NCBI GenBank assembly: GCA_943349555.1
Contig: CALQZK010000001.1
Location: 1-34,839 of the forward strand
Direction of reading: 5' to 3'
Source of the DNA: Candidatus Nomurabacteria bacterium
GTDB lineage: Bacteria; Patescibacteriota; Minisyncoccia; Phycocordibacterales; PALSA-1337
Length of the DNA stretch: 34,839 bases
Position numbers and translations under genes: made by a program. The first letter of the stretch is position 1, and each line of letters starts with the position of its first letter. Shown piece by piece: positions 10,054-23,079 of the stretch. A model generated the notes under the pieces. That model saw only the letters and a list, made by a program, of their open reading frames with translations, searched no databases and was not told the origin of the DNA.

Positions 10054-10284
10054 ATGAAGACTATTCAAGCTATCTTGCCGTACATTCAGATTGTACTCGC
10101 AATTATTCTTGTAACAGCAATCCTCCTACAGCGCACCGGCGCCCAGATAGGCGGAGCTTTTGGCGGAGGCGACAATTTCAGCTCGGCATACCATACTCGC
10201 CGCGGCTTCGAAAGAACGCTCTTCATTATTACCATTGTTATTGCAATTCTTTTTGCAGTAGGAGCCCTTATCAGCCTGATCTAA
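10054..10284 (+). CDS. secG: Preprotein translocase subunit SecG
   Basis: ILLQ...GGAFGG...TRRGFER between two TM helices. True start is the ATG at 10054 within the 9679 ORF. Confidence 0.9.
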   Translation: MKTIQAILPYIQIVLAIILVTAILLQRTGAQIGGAFGGGDNFSSAYHTRRGFERTLFIITIVIAILFAVGALISLI

Positions 10285-10309
10285 TAACCTCTCCAAAATA
10301 ATAAGCAGA

Positions 10310-11998
10310 ATGAGCAGAGAATTTCGTATTAAAGGCGGCGAGAAGATTCTCGCCATCATAAAAAGTTTCTCCGCGACCCAGAAAGTGATTTTTGGGCTTT
10401 TGGTCATTGTGAGCGGTATGAGCGCCTTGGCTCTCGCCTGGAATGTCAACAAATCTTTCCTCATGCCTGTGCCAGCTCACGGCGGACGGTTAGTGGAAGG
10501 AGTGGTAGGACTGCCGAGATCCATCAATCCTATTCTAGCTTTTACAGATATTGACCGAGACCTTTCCAGCTTGATATATGCGGGATTGATGAAATATGAG
10601 GATGGTAAGCTTGTTCCAGACCTAGCGAAAAAATATACAGTTTCTGAAGACGGACTGACTTATACTTTCACTCTTAAGGATGACTTGCGCTTCCATGACG
10701 GAGTGCCTCTGACAGCGGATGATGTAGAATTCACCATGCAGAAGATACAGGATAATATTATCAAGAGCCCTCGACGAGCCGACTGGGCGAACACGGCTTT
10801 CAAAAAAATCAGCCCTACCGAAATTCAATTTATATTGAAACAGCCTTATGCCCCTTTCCTCGCCAATACGACTCTAGGAATATTGCCCAAACATATCTGG
10901 AGCAAGGTGAGCTCGGATCAATTTATTTACAGTCAATATAATATAGAGCCGATAGGTTCTGGGCCTTATGAGCTGGAGAATATCCAGAGAGACAGCGGTG
11001 GAATCCCACTCTACTATTCCCTTTCTTCATTCAGCAGATATCATGAAGGCGAGCCTTTTATTTCCAATCTTCTCGTGTATTTTTATCCAAATGAGAAAAA
11101 TTTGCTCGAAGCGTATAATGCCGGTATTGTAGAATCTATCGCTAGAATTTCTGCCAGCGCCGCCGCTCAAATAGCTTCTACTAGTATGCCCGCAACCATC
11201 CTTCATACCCCTCTGCCGAGAATCTTTGGAATATTTTTTAATCAGAATCAAGCACCAATTTTTACTAACAGTGATGTGCGCAAAGCTCTGGACATGGCAA
11301 CAGACAAGCAGAGAGTGGTGCGGGAAGTCCTATACGGATATGGAGTCGTTGCCGACGGCCCATTGCCTTCGCAGAATAGTGAAAAGAGTGAGATAACGCA
11401 ACAGGATATGGAAAAGAATATCGCAAAAGATATAGAGAGCGCAAAAGCTCTCCTTGCAAAGAAAAATAGCACTCTGGAATTTTCCATAGCCACAGCCGAC
11501 TCTCCGGATCTGAAGCAGGTAGCAGAAATAATCAAACAGGATTGGGAAAAAATAGGGGCGAAAGTGACAATAAAAGTTTTTGAATACGGCGACCTGTACC
11601 AGAATGTCATTGCCACAAGAAAATATGATGCTCTGCTGTTCGGGGAATCCATAGGAAAAGATCTCGACCTGTACGCCTTCTGGCATTCATCGCAGAGGAA
11701 TTCTCCAGGGCTGAATGTAGCCATGTATGTCAACAGTAAGGCCGACAAGTTATTGGAAGATGCCAGAGTCGCATCTGACAGTAAAGGTAAGGAAAAGATC
11801 CATGCTCAGTTTGAAAAGATAATCCAAGAAGACGTGCCGGCGATATTCCTTTATTCCCCAGACTTCATATATATCATTCCTGACAAGCTGGAAGGTGTCA
11901 GTCTGGGAAGCATTACTGCTCCAACGGACAGATTTTATGGAATAAATAAATGGTATGTCGAAACCGCCAATGTTTGGAAAATATTTAACAAAGAATAA
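10310..11998 (+). CDS. Peptide ABC transporter substrate-binding protein (family 5)
   Basis: PDLA, SEDGLTYTFTL, FHDG-x-PLTADDV, PIGSGPY. No permease genes adjacent. Confidence 0.92.
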   Translation: MSREFRIKGGEKILAIIKSFSATQKVIFGLLVIVSGMSALALAWNVNKSFLMPVPAHGGRLVEGVVGLPRSINPILAFTDIDRDLSSLIYAGLMKYEDGKLVPDLAKKYTVSEDGLTYTFTLKDDLRFHDGVPLTADDVEFTMQKIQDNIIKSPRRADWANTAFKKISPTEIQFILKQPYAPFLANTTLGILPKHIWSKVSSDQFIYSQYNIEPIGSGPYELENIQRDSGGIPLYYSLSSFSRYHEGEPFISNLLVYFYPNEKNLLEAYNAGIVESIARISASAAAQIASTSMPATILHTPLPRIFGIFFNQNQAPIFTNSDVRKALDMATDKQRVVREVLYGYGVVADGPLPSQNSEKSEITQQDMEKNIAKDIESAKALLAKKNSTLEFSIATADSPDLKQVAEIIKQDWEKIGAKVTIKVFEYGDLYQNVIATRKYDALLFGESIGKDLDLYAFWHSSQRNSPGLNVAMYVNSKADKLLEDARVASDSKGKEKIHAQFEKIIQEDVPAIFLYSPDFIYIIPDKLEGVSLGSITAPTDRFYGINKWYVETANVWKIFNKE

Positions 11999-12008
11999 TT
12001 AAAAAATA

Positions 12009-13862
12009 ATGGAACCAATTAAACCACCAGAAATATCAACGAGACCTGCAGTAAAAAGAGATTTTAGACCGGCTAGAGGCGATAGCCGAGGACAGCGAGG
12101 CGCGCCAAGACCGCCAGTGAAAGCAGAAACACAAGTCCATAAAAAAACAGAGGACATTGTGCCTCCCCTTGCACCTACTTCTATCCGAATTATTCCCCTC
12201 GGAGGAGTAGAAGAAATCGGTAAGAACATGACACTGATCGAATATGGGAATGACATCGTTATCATTGATATCGGCTTCCAATTCAAGGATGAGAACACTC
12301 CAGGAATAGACTATATTCTCCCCAATACGAAATATCTTGAGGAAAAAAAGGATAAGATCCGCGCAGTCATTATTACCCACGGCCATCTAGACCATATAGG
12401 AGGAATACCGTATGTTATGCCTCGTATTGGCAATCCTCCTCTATACACCCGCATGCTAACTTCCATCATGATCAAGAAGCGCCAGGAGGAATTCCCTTCT
12501 CTTCCGCCATTGAATATGAAGATTGTGGAAAAAGGCGAGACTATCACTGTTGGTTCTCTTAAGGTCAGTTTCTTCTCCGTCACCCACACTATTCCCGATG
12601 CCATGGGAGTCATCATCAGCACACCTCATGGAGACATCGTGCACACCGGCGACCTCAAGCTCGACCATGTGAATGGAGTGCCGACAGAGGAAGAAGAAGC
12701 AGAATACGACCGCGCCTTCAAGACTCGCAAAGTTCTCCTTCTTATGGCGGATTCCACGAATGTGGAAAATCCAGGCTTCTCTATTCCAGAAAAAGTGGTG
12801 CATAAGAATATTGAAGAAATTATAAAAAATACACATGGCCGATTGATCATTGCCACCTTTGCTTCGCTCCTAGAAAGAATGCTAAAAATAATAGAATTCG
12901 CGGAAAAATACGGCAAGAAAGTGGTCGTGGAAGGGAGGAGTATGAAGACGAATATAGAAATCTGCAAACATCTCGGTCTATTGAAGCCCAAGCCTGACAC
13001 CCTCATCACCGTTGAACAAATGCCGCAGTTCCCCCCAGAGAGGATTGTCATCCTAGCTACCGGAGCGCAGGGAGATGAATTCGCAGCTATGATGCGCATA
13101 TCAAATAAGACTCATAAATATATAAAGATCACCAAGCGCGATACCATCCTTCTCTCCTCATCTATCATCCCTGGAAATGAAAGGGCGGTGCAGAAGTTGA
13201 AGGACAATCTCTCTCGTCAAGGAGCGCACATTATCCATTACCGCATTGCCGATGTGCATTCTTCCGGACATGCCAACAAGGATGAGACGGCTTGGATACA
13301 CAAGAAGATTCATCCCAAGTTCTTTATGCCAGTCCACGGATATCACTACATGCTCAGAGTTCATGGTGAAATTGCAATGGATACAAATGGATTGACAGAA
13401 GATCAAGTTATCATTCCCGACAATGGATCTGTAGTAGAAATCCAAGCCAGTGAAAATGACAGCGGAGCTAAAATTGTAAAATTGAAAGAAAAAGCACCTT
13501 CAGGAATCGTCATGGTGGACGGCTTCTCTGTCGGAGACATCCAGGATGTGGTCATTCGCGATAGGCAAATGCTTGCGCAGGATGGAATATTCATTGTCTT
13601 TGCAATTATAAATGCCCAAACAGGAAGGCTAAAGAAATCTCCAGATATCATTTCCCGAGGCTTCGTCTATCTGCGAGAGTCCCAAGACCTATTGCATCAC
13701 GCCAGAATGATTATAAAAAATACGGTGGAGGAATCGACGCGAGGGATGAATCCTATCAACATAGAATACGTCAAAACAAATATCAGCGACAATGTCAGCA
13801 AGTTCTTATTGCAAAAAACTGCCAAACGACCCATCGTCATTCCTGTCCTATTAAGCATATAG
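12009..13862 (+). CDS. rnj: Ribonuclease J
   Basis: PLGGVEEIGKNM, THGHLDHIG, HSSGH, PVHG. Confidence 0.97.
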   Translation: MEPIKPPEISTRPAVKRDFRPARGDSRGQRGAPRPPVKAETQVHKKTEDIVPPLAPTSIRIIPLGGVEEIGKNMTLIEYGNDIVIIDIGFQFKDENTPGIDYILPNTKYLEEKKDKIRAVIITHGHLDHIGGIPYVMPRIGNPPLYTRMLTSIMIKKRQEEFPSLPPLNMKIVEKGETITVGSLKVSFFSVTHTIPDAMGVIISTPHGDIVHTGDLKLDHVNGVPTEEEEAEYDRAFKTRKVLLLMADSTNVENPGFSIPEKVVHKNIEEIIKNTHGRLIIATFASLLERMLKIIEFAEKYGKKVVVEGRSMKTNIEICKHLGLLKPKPDTLITVEQMPQFPPERIVILATGAQGDEFAAMMRISNKTHKYIKITKRDTILLSSSIIPGNERAVQKLKDNLSRQGAHIIHYRIADVHSSGHANKDETAWIHKKIHPKFFMPVHGYHYMLRVHGEIAMDTNGLTEDQVIIPDNGSVVEIQASENDSGAKIVKLKEKAPSGIVMVDGFSVGDIQDVVIRDRQMLAQDGIFIVFAIINAQTGRLKKSPDIISRGFVYLRESQDLLHHARMIIKNTVEESTRGMNPINIEYVKTNISDNVSKFLLQKTAKRPIVIPVLLSI

Positions 13863-13886
13863 TATATTGCTGTTATAATAACTGGC

Positions 13887-15073
13887 ATGAGACACCAGCA
13901 TGCTCTTCCTCGGCTAAATAAGCAGAGCCATATCCTCTACACAATAGCGGTTATCGGCTTCATCTACACCATGCATGTTGTCATGCCGATGTATTCCAAT
14001 TCCAGTTTCTTGAGCTTGCTGACGGATGAGAAAACTCTGGGATTGATATATATGCTTGGCAGTGCAGCAACTGTCCTGGGCTTTTTATTTGTTCCTTTTC
14101 TCATTCGCAAAGTGGGAAATTATACAACTGCCCTTTGGTTGATTATGATTCAAGCTGGACTTTTCTACGGCCTGAGCACAACGCTTGATCCTAGGTTAAT
14201 TGCCCTTTTCTTCATTCTGCAGAGTGCCATCATCGCACTCATTGGCTTTTGCCTAGACATATTCCTGGAAGTCTATTCCGACACCTCACATGTGGGAGTC
14301 ATCCGTGGGATGTACATGACAGCTATTAACTGTGCTTGGATAATCGGACCCCTGCTTGGCAGTATGATCATAGGAGAAATGAATGACTATAGGAGCGTAT
14401 ACACTGCCTCCCTTTTTATGCTCTTTCCTCTTTTTTATCTTGTCTTTAAAAATTTCCCGAAGTTCAAGGATCCTCATTACCACCATCCTTCTCTCTGGCA
14501 GACATTTGTTAAATTAACGAAAGATTCCAATCATTCCCGGCTTTTTTTCATCAATATTATATTGCAAATATTTTATGCCTGGATGGTTGTCTACAGTCCT
14601 ATTTATCTTCATACTGTCGTAGGATTGTCTTGGTCGGAGATCGGCATTATTTTGACCGTTATGCTACTGCCGTTTCCACTCCTACAATTGCCTTTAGGAA
14701 AAATCGCCGATAAAAAATATGGGGAAAAAGAAATAATGGTTATCGGTTTTGCTTTACTCGGACTTTCGACTATTGCTCTGGCTGCTATTATTTCAAAAAG
14801 TGTAATGATCTGGGCAATTGGACTTTTCATCACCCGCATTGGAGCCGCCTCCGCAGAGATTATGATAGAGACGTATTTCTTCAAAACTGTCGATCCCAAA
14901 GATCCCAATATCCTCGGCTTCTTCCGCATTACCCGCTCCATTTCCTATTTCATTGCGCCGTTGATTACGGGTTTTGTCTTGATCTACACTTCTGATCAGT
15001 CGTATATGTTTGTGGTGATCGGGCTACTCTGCCTACTGGCGATAGTGCCTGCGTGGGGGTTGGGGGATACGGA

Positions 15074-15077
<4 letters not shown>
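13887..15077 (+). CDS. MFS transporter
   Basis: About 12 hydrophobic segments and the GKIADKKYGEK loop motif. Confidence 0.88.
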
Positions 15078-17304
<2,227 letters not shown>

Positions 17305-17315
17305 ATTTTATAAAA

Positions 17316-18590
17316 CTATTTATTGACGCTATTATTACCACTTGGTAAAAATCCACCCAAGAATCTTACCAAAAGTATGACTCCTGTTGCAAGGAAAATT
17401 CCTAGAGACCAGCCAGCCAAGACATCAGAGAACCAGTGAACGCTCAACATAATACGACTTAGACCTATTAATAATACTATTACTACACAGGCCACGATAA
17501 GAGCTTCTCTTTTTACCCACGACTTGATTCTTGGAGCAAAAACATAGGCAAAAGAAACAAAAAATGCAGCCGCCAGCCCTGCATGACCACTAGGGAAACT
17601 TCCATCGGAAAGCATGGCTATAGCATTCTCTGGTCGCGCTCTCATAAATAATTCCTTCATAAATATAATAATTACTGAAGCAGACGCAACCGAAAAAATC
17701 ATAATCCACGCCCTTCTGTGTCTTTTTTTAAACAAGAACACTAGGCCGATGACTACACCAACAAACAACATAACCTTGGTATCCCCGATTTTGCTGATGA
17801 AGAAAGAAAGATTGATAAGAGATGGCGTGACATTTTCCGCCACAAAGACATTTGTAGAGATGTCGAAGTTGGCAATGAAGGAATTCGAGGAGAAACTGTC
17901 CTGTATTGTCTTTGCCAATGACCAGAGGGAAATGAGGTTCAGTCCCAAAATAAAAAGTTCGTATTTTTTAAAAACATGGAAGCGCTTATTGACCAATTTG
18001 TATCCCCAGATTATCAAGATTGTAGCCACAATAGCGATTGAGAGTAATTTACCTATAGAACTAGCGACTGCATGATAGCTAGCTCCGAAGACATAGCCGA
18101 TCAGTATGGATATCACCACCCACAGTGTACTGCCGATAATATTGTAAATCCAAAATTTATTTATATGCGTACCATTCGCTCCAACGATAAATGGGATGAG
18201 GGGGCGAGTGATTGGGCTGAATTTACCAAGAATAATAGATTTTCCTGTATGCTTATTGATCAGATTTTTTGCTTTTTCTATATGCTCCTCCTTGAGGAAA
18301 ATGTATTTGCCATATCTTGTCAACAAAGAATATCCGTATCGCCTACCAAGGAGGAATCCTAGAATATCCCCAAGGGTCGTCATGGCAATAGTCACGAGCA
18401 GAACCCATGCCAGATTAAGAACGCCGATCTTGACCAAGAAGCCTGCGGTAATAATAGCGATATGCCCAGGGAAAAATGAACCGATAATAGGCAGGCCTTC
18501 CATGAGGACAATGAATCCAAGAATCCAATATCCGCCACCGGAAAGGAGGTCTGGGAGACTGCTTATGATATTGGAAATGTAGTGCGGCAT
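17316..18590 (-). CDS. DedA-PAP2 phosphatase fusion membrane protein
   Basis: DedA motifs (FFPG, GD-x-x-GF-x-LGR, KFSPITR) plus PAP2 motifs K...RARP, SFPSGH, SR...HWFSDV. Start assigned to the ATG at 18590. Confidence 0.92.
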   Translation of the reverse strand: MPHYISNIISSLPDLLSGGGYWILGFIVLMEGLPIIGSFFPGHIAIITAGFLVKIGVLNLAWVLLVTIAMTTLGDILGFLLGRRYGYSLLTRYGKYIFLKEEHIEKAKNLINKHTGKSIILGKFSPITRPLIPFIVGANGTHINKFWIYNIIGSTLWVVISILIGYVFGASYHAVASSIGKLLSIAIVATILIIWGYKLVNKRFHVFKKYELFILGLNLISLWSLAKTIQDSFSSNSFIANFDISTNVFVAENVTPSLINLSFFISKIGDTKVMLFVGVVIGLVFLFKKRHRRAWIMIFSVASASVIIIFMKELFMRARPENAIAMLSDGSFPSGHAGLAAAFFVSFAYVFAPRIKSWVKREALIVACVVIVLLIGLSRIMLSVHWFSDVLAGWSLGIFLATGVILLVRFLGGFLPSGNNSVNK

Positions 18591-18632
18591 AAAGCTATAC
18601 AATAATATTATAGCATAGTGTATAATCACTTT

Positions 18633-19301
18633 ATGAAAATTTTGATTGTGGAAGACGATGTCGAAATATCAGAATTCCTAAAGATTGGCTTCGAAGCAGA
18701 CGGCTTTATTGTCGACAAAGCCTATGATGGTGAGGAAGGTTCTTACAAAGCCAGGACAAATATCTATGATGTCATAATCCTCGACAATTCCCTGCCTATC
18801 CAGAATGGTATCGAAGTATGCAGAGATATTCGAGCCATAGGTTCTTCTGTTCCAATCATTTTTCTCTCTGTCATAGGAGATACAGAAAAGAAAATTGATG
18901 CCATAGAAAAAGGCGCTGATGACTATATCACCAAACCTTTTTCTTTCGATGAATTGCGTGCGAGGGTGAAAGCTCTCTTGAGACGGCCAAAGAAAATAGA
19001 AATTCCAGTAGTGAAAGTCGGTGAGCTGGTCTTGGATAAAGAAAAGAAGGAAGCGTACAGGAATGAGATTTCCCTTAACCTTACGCGTAAAGAATATAAT
19101 CTTCTGGAATATCTGATGCGCAATCCAGGAATTGTAGTCTCCAGGACCATGATCATGGAGCATGTCTGGAGTGCGGAGAGCGATCCCTTCTCCAATACCG
19201 TCGAAGCCCACATGTCCAACCTCCGCAAGAAAATAAATGCTGGTGATCAGAAAGATATTATCAAGAACCTTGTGGGCCGAGGCTATATGATTCAAGACTA
19301 A
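18633..19301 (+). CDS. OmpR-family response regulator
   Basis: ILIVEDD, ILD, GADDYITKPF, and winged helix LTRKEY...GRGY. Confidence 0.96.
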   Translation: MKILIVEDDVEISEFLKIGFEADGFIVDKAYDGEEGSYKARTNIYDVIILDNSLPIQNGIEVCRDIRAIGSSVPIIFLSVIGDTEKKIDAIEKGADDYITKPFSFDELRARVKALLRRPKKIEIPVVKVGELVLDKEKKEAYRNEISLNLTRKEYNLLEYLMRNPGIVVSRTMIMEHVWSAESDPFSNTVEAHMSNLRKKINAGDQKDIIKNLVGRGYMIQD

Positions 19302-19304
19302 ACC

Positions 19305-20156
19305 ATGAGTATTGCCGACATTTTGACTTATATTCCTATTGGCGTTCTCATCCTAACCCTCTTTTGGCTTTCGAACCGAGAAATGCGCAAGACTCTAGAA
19401 CTGACAAAAGCTTCGGAGAAAATGCTAGCCAGAGACCGAGACGAATTGAGGATAAAGATGGATGAGAGGACGAGTGAATTAAAGGAAAATAGGATTGCTA
19501 GGATGAATGAGCTGGCCAAGGCGGCAGAATTCGGCAGGTTGTCCCAAGGACTTTTCCATGATCTAATGACTCCCCTGACTTCCATGGTGCTACACGCAGA
19601 AAAGAATAATGATATTAAAATCAAACAAGCTTCCGATCGAATGAATTCATACATAAATGACATACGTTCTACTTTATCCAGAGAAGAAGCCGAGAGAGAA
19701 TGTAACCTCAAAGACGAACTGGAAAATATCTTACGCCTAATGACTTATAAAATCCGCAGTCAGAATGTGGAGATATCTATAAAAGAGACTGGTAACAGCA
19801 CTTGGCATGGCAATCCAATAAAGATTCGTCAGATTTTCTCTAATCTTATTTCAAATGCTATTGATTCATTTGATGACAAGAGGACTCCCAGTAAGAAAAT
19901 TGAAATCGAATTAATCCAAAATCAAAATGGGAACGTTATAAAAATAAAAGATAACGGCTGTGGTATAGAAGAAGGAAAAATCGATAGAATCTTTGACGCC
20001 TTCTTTACCACCAAAGCTCCAGGTAAAGGCACGGGAATTGGACTGACTACGGTAAAGTCTATTGTGGGGAAAGATTTAAAAGGAAAGATAGAGGTGGAGA
20101 GCAGCACCGTCACAGGCACAACTTTTATCATAACTTTTCCTAAAAAAATCAAATAG
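19305..20156 (+). CDS. Histidine kinase, single TM, no sensor domain
   Basis: H box FHDLMTPL, N box NLISNAID, DNGCG, FFTTK, GTGIGL. Confidence 0.92.
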   Translation: MSIADILTYIPIGVLILTLFWLSNREMRKTLELTKASEKMLARDRDELRIKMDERTSELKENRIARMNELAKAAEFGRLSQGLFHDLMTPLTSMVLHAEKNNDIKIKQASDRMNSYINDIRSTLSREEAERECNLKDELENILRLMTYKIRSQNVEISIKETGNSTWHGNPIKIRQIFSNLISNAIDSFDDKRTPSKKIEIELIQNQNGNVIKIKDNGCGIEEGKIDRIFDAFFTTKAPGKGTGIGLTTVKSIVGKDLKGKIEVESSTVTGTTFIITFPKKIK

Positions 20157-20994
20157 AAATATAGAGATCTTTCCTCGTCTCACTGACACCAACACATTCT
20201 GCTTGTCCCTTAATAATCCTTTCAAAAGGCTTACAGGCGAAACATCCATTCTCACCCTTAGGACACAAAAATTCTTTCATTTCTCTTGCTTTTTTAACCT
20301 CTGTTGCAACACTAAAAACTTTTTCAAAAGATTCATTTACATCAGGCAAAGGCGCCTCCGCAGGCATATCATCCCTATCTATATACCAGTAGCTCGCTCC
20401 GCTGACTTTCCTCTTCTGCAAATTTTTCAAAAGCAATTGGTAAATGGGAAGCTGGAGCGACTCTTCCTTTTCTTCATTTTTTCCAGTCTTAAAATCCAGG
20501 ATATGGACACTATCATCTACAGGCTTGTGTATCAGCCAGTCGATCTTTCCACAAAGAATAATATTTTCTTCTTCAGAGAGAAAGTAATTCGGCGGCATGC
20601 CATTATTGCCTCCTTTTATCCTGACTGTCTTTTCTTCCAGGGGTGTGCTATTTTTCTCCACTCTCAATATCATCTCTCTAGCTCTTTCCTTTGCCTCTGT
20701 CTCCTGTGTGTCCGATACAAATCCTCCCTTCTTTCCGCTTACTTTTTGCCAAGCTTTATCAAAATTTTCCAGAAGAGGCTTGCTGAAGCGCTCTTCCGCA
20801 GGGATGAAAGCCAGGCTTTCTATGACTTCATGTACTGCGCTTCCTAGCGACATAGCCGGGCTGACAATGCCTATTTTCCTGCCGGTTTTTGGATTTTTGT
20901 AAACATTATTAAGATAATAACAGCGCGGGCACTTCAAAAAGTCCCCCATCGAGGAGTGCGAAACCCACACTGCGGTGTATTTATCTTGCGACAC
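20149..20994 (-). CDS. PD-(D/E)XK nuclease family protein (AddB/RecB-like nuclease domain)
   Basis: S-x-S...CPR, G-x-AVH, GKID...ILDFKTG, QL-x-x-Y and C-terminal C...CxxC. GTG start. Confidence 0.9.
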   Translation of the reverse strand: MSQDKYTAVWVSHSSMGDFLKCPRCYYLNNVYKNPKTGRKIGIVSPAMSLGSAVHEVIESLAFIPAEERFSKPLLENFDKAWQKVSGKKGGFVSDTQETEAKERAREMILRVEKNSTPLEEKTVRIKGGNNGMPPNYFLSEEENIILCGKIDWLIHKPVDDSVHILDFKTGKNEEKEESLQLPIYQLLLKNLQKRKVSGASYWYIDRDDMPAEAPLPDVNESFEKVFSVATEVKKAREMKEFLCPKGENGCFACKPFERIIKGQAECVGVSETRKDLYISI

Positions 20995-21069
20995 AAAGGA
21001 AGTATAGCAGAAAAGATAGGTCTAGACACAATAGGAAGATGTATGGCTTGTTGGTGTTTTTGACAAATC

Positions 21070-21106
21070 TTTATCGATTCTTAAGCAGAAATTTATCGAA
21101 TCTTAA
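21070..21106. promoter_or_regulatory. 15-bp direct repeat pair, candidate operator
   Basis: TTTATCGATTCTTAA (21070-21084) and TTTATCGAATCTTAA (21092-21106), 22-bp period, right after TTGACA at 21060-21065. Confidence 0.5.
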
Positions 21107-21154
21107 TAACTATTTGATATGGTGTACTAATTATTAGATTTGAAATACACCATA

Positions 21155-21526
21155 ATGATGAAAATAAAACAAATAGGAATGGGAGAATTTGGAGTAATTT
21201 ATGAGGGAGTGGAGGGAAAAGAGGCGGTAGATTTTCTCCTCTTGATTCGAGAAGGAGAAGTCAGGAATGCTTTCACTCGCTCTGATATAGGGAGTATCGA
21301 TTTGGTGTGGGGTAAAGAGGGAGATAATGGGTATGGGCTTGCCCACTTTCAAAATCGAAAGGGGGCATTGAAGAATCTGCGAGATGTGGTGGAAAAAGGA
21401 ACCTTACAATCGACAAATGATAACAGTGTCATTTTGATAAAACGGGTGGTAGGAAGTGGAGGAACCGCTATAGTTCAGTTGGACTGGAAGGGTGAACCCA
21501 AACGATGGATTATAACTTCTTACTAA
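21155..21526 (+). CDS. Putative barnase/colicin E5-like (PBECR-type) endoribonuclease
   Basis: DIGSIDLVWG...GYGLAH...WIITSY resembles phage-associated BECR-fold nucleases. Family call made from motif memory only. Confidence 0.6.
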   Translation: MMKIKQIGMGEFGVIYEGVEGKEAVDFLLLIREGEVRNAFTRSDIGSIDLVWGKEGDNGYGLAHFQNRKGALKNLRDVVEKGTLQSTNDNSVILIKRVVGSGGTAIVQLDWKGEPKRWIITSY

Positions 21527-21699
21527 AATGCTTAAACCCACGATTTCTCATGGGTCTTTTGATAGGCATTCTTCCTCAAAAGTTTTATAAGCAGAATTAA
21601 TAATAATCCTATCAAGTTAATAACCTGTAGTCAAGGCACAATAAAAATACCGCCCCTTTTGGAGAGACGGTATTGTGTGTAACTGAATTAAATGTATTT

Positions 21700-23043
21700 C
21701 TACATTTCTTCACCATGTTCACGGTGATGCTTCCATATTTCCTGGAATTCTGGACTGGATGCCAGCAATTCATCAAACGTGCCGGAAGCAATGATCTTTC
21801 CTTTCTCGAACAGATAAATCTGGCCAAAATAAGGAAAGAGATGCGGCCGATGGATGGATGAAAGGACGGCTTTATCAGGAAAACCCTTGAAGATATTCCT
21901 ATAGATTTGCATCTCATTTGTCACATCGACACTGCTTGTCGGCTCATCAAGAAGAACTATGGATTTGTTTTCGCAGGCCAATAAGCCCCTAGCCAAAGCC
22001 AGCCTTTGCCGCTGTCCACTGCTCAAGTTTACCCCTTTTTCATTTACCAAGGAGGCGAACTTTTTCGGCAATGCTTCGATATCTGCCGTGATACATGCCA
22101 TATCTGTGTAGCGGCGGATTGTTTCCGCGGAATACTCTGCCCCAAGGGTAATATTTTCACCGATGGTTGTGGCGAATATTTCCTGATCTTGTGGTATGAG
22201 AGCGATAGCCCTGCTTATGCCCCCGAAGCCGTCAGGGATCACTACGCCGTCCACAGTCAGATCCAGGCTTTGAGGGTGATAGAGGTCCCGGAAAACCTTG
22301 AGGAAAGTTGTCTTTGCGCTTCCACTTTCCCCAATGAGGGCGATGCGTTCACCACGCTTGATCGACATCTGAATACTATTAAGATGACGATGTGCGCCAT
22401 TCTCTGCATGATACGAAAAATTTAAATTCCGTATCTGGATTTGCTGCCAGCGTTCCGGCAAGACATGATTAGTGAAGTTTTCCGACTTGAAGTCAGACGC
22501 CAATATTTGCGCATTCATGACTCTAGATTTCCTTTGCAGAATATCGCCGTACATTGACGCAAATCGGAAGAAGAGTTCACTAATTTTCGTCAAGTATCTC
22601 TGGAGAATGAAGAAGCTTACAATGACAGCGCCTTGCTGGGAGCCGATGTTCTTCCACAGATATACCCCGAGAACAAGGACGACCATAATTGTGCATCCCA
22701 TATTAGTCACGAACCATTTTATCTCGTTGATTACATTGTTTCTCTTGTAGAGGTCGTAAGGTTCGTCGATCTTCTTATATACCGCATCCAAAATTATCCT
22801 TTCAATCCGAAGGATAATAATTGTTGCGACATGATTGATCTTATCGTGAACGCTTTCCGATATTTTATTCTCATACTTATTAAGATCTTCGTAATTCTTG
22901 AGAATAATCCTGTCGAATCTTGTGATTATCCAGCAAGTGATGAGGATCATACCAAGCACGATATATGATGATGAGGGACTGAAGTAGATAAGCATTGCAT
23001 AGCTTATTGCAAACTGCACGAACGCGATGATAGATTCATACAC
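21700..23043 (-). CDS. ABC exporter (partial TMD + NBD), N-terminally short, possibly a pseudogene
   Basis: GESGSAKTT Walker A variant, LSSGQRQR signature variant, LLDEPTS. 447 aa with an incomplete TMD and an in-frame TGA just upstream of the GTG. Confidence 0.75.
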   Translation of the reverse strand: MYESIIAFVQFAISYAMLIYFSPSSSYIVLGMILITCWIITRFDRIILKNYEDLNKYENKISESVHDKINHVATIIILRIERIILDAVYKKIDEPYDLYKRNNVINEIKWFVTNMGCTIMVVLVLGVYLWKNIGSQQGAVIVSFFILQRYLTKISELFFRFASMYGDILQRKSRVMNAQILASDFKSENFTNHVLPERWQQIQIRNLNFSYHAENGAHRHLNSIQMSIKRGERIALIGESGSAKTTFLKVFRDLYHPQSLDLTVDGVVIPDGFGGISRAIALIPQDQEIFATTIGENITLGAEYSAETIRRYTDMACITADIEALPKKFASLVNEKGVNLSSGQRQRLALARGLLACENKSIVLLDEPTSSVDVTNEMQIYRNIFKGFPDKAVLSSIHRPHLFPYFGQIYLFEKGKIIASGTFDELLASSPEFQEIWKHHREHGEEM

Positions 23044-23079
23044 AGAAAGTCAATAGTAGCTTACAGAACAGAATTTCTC

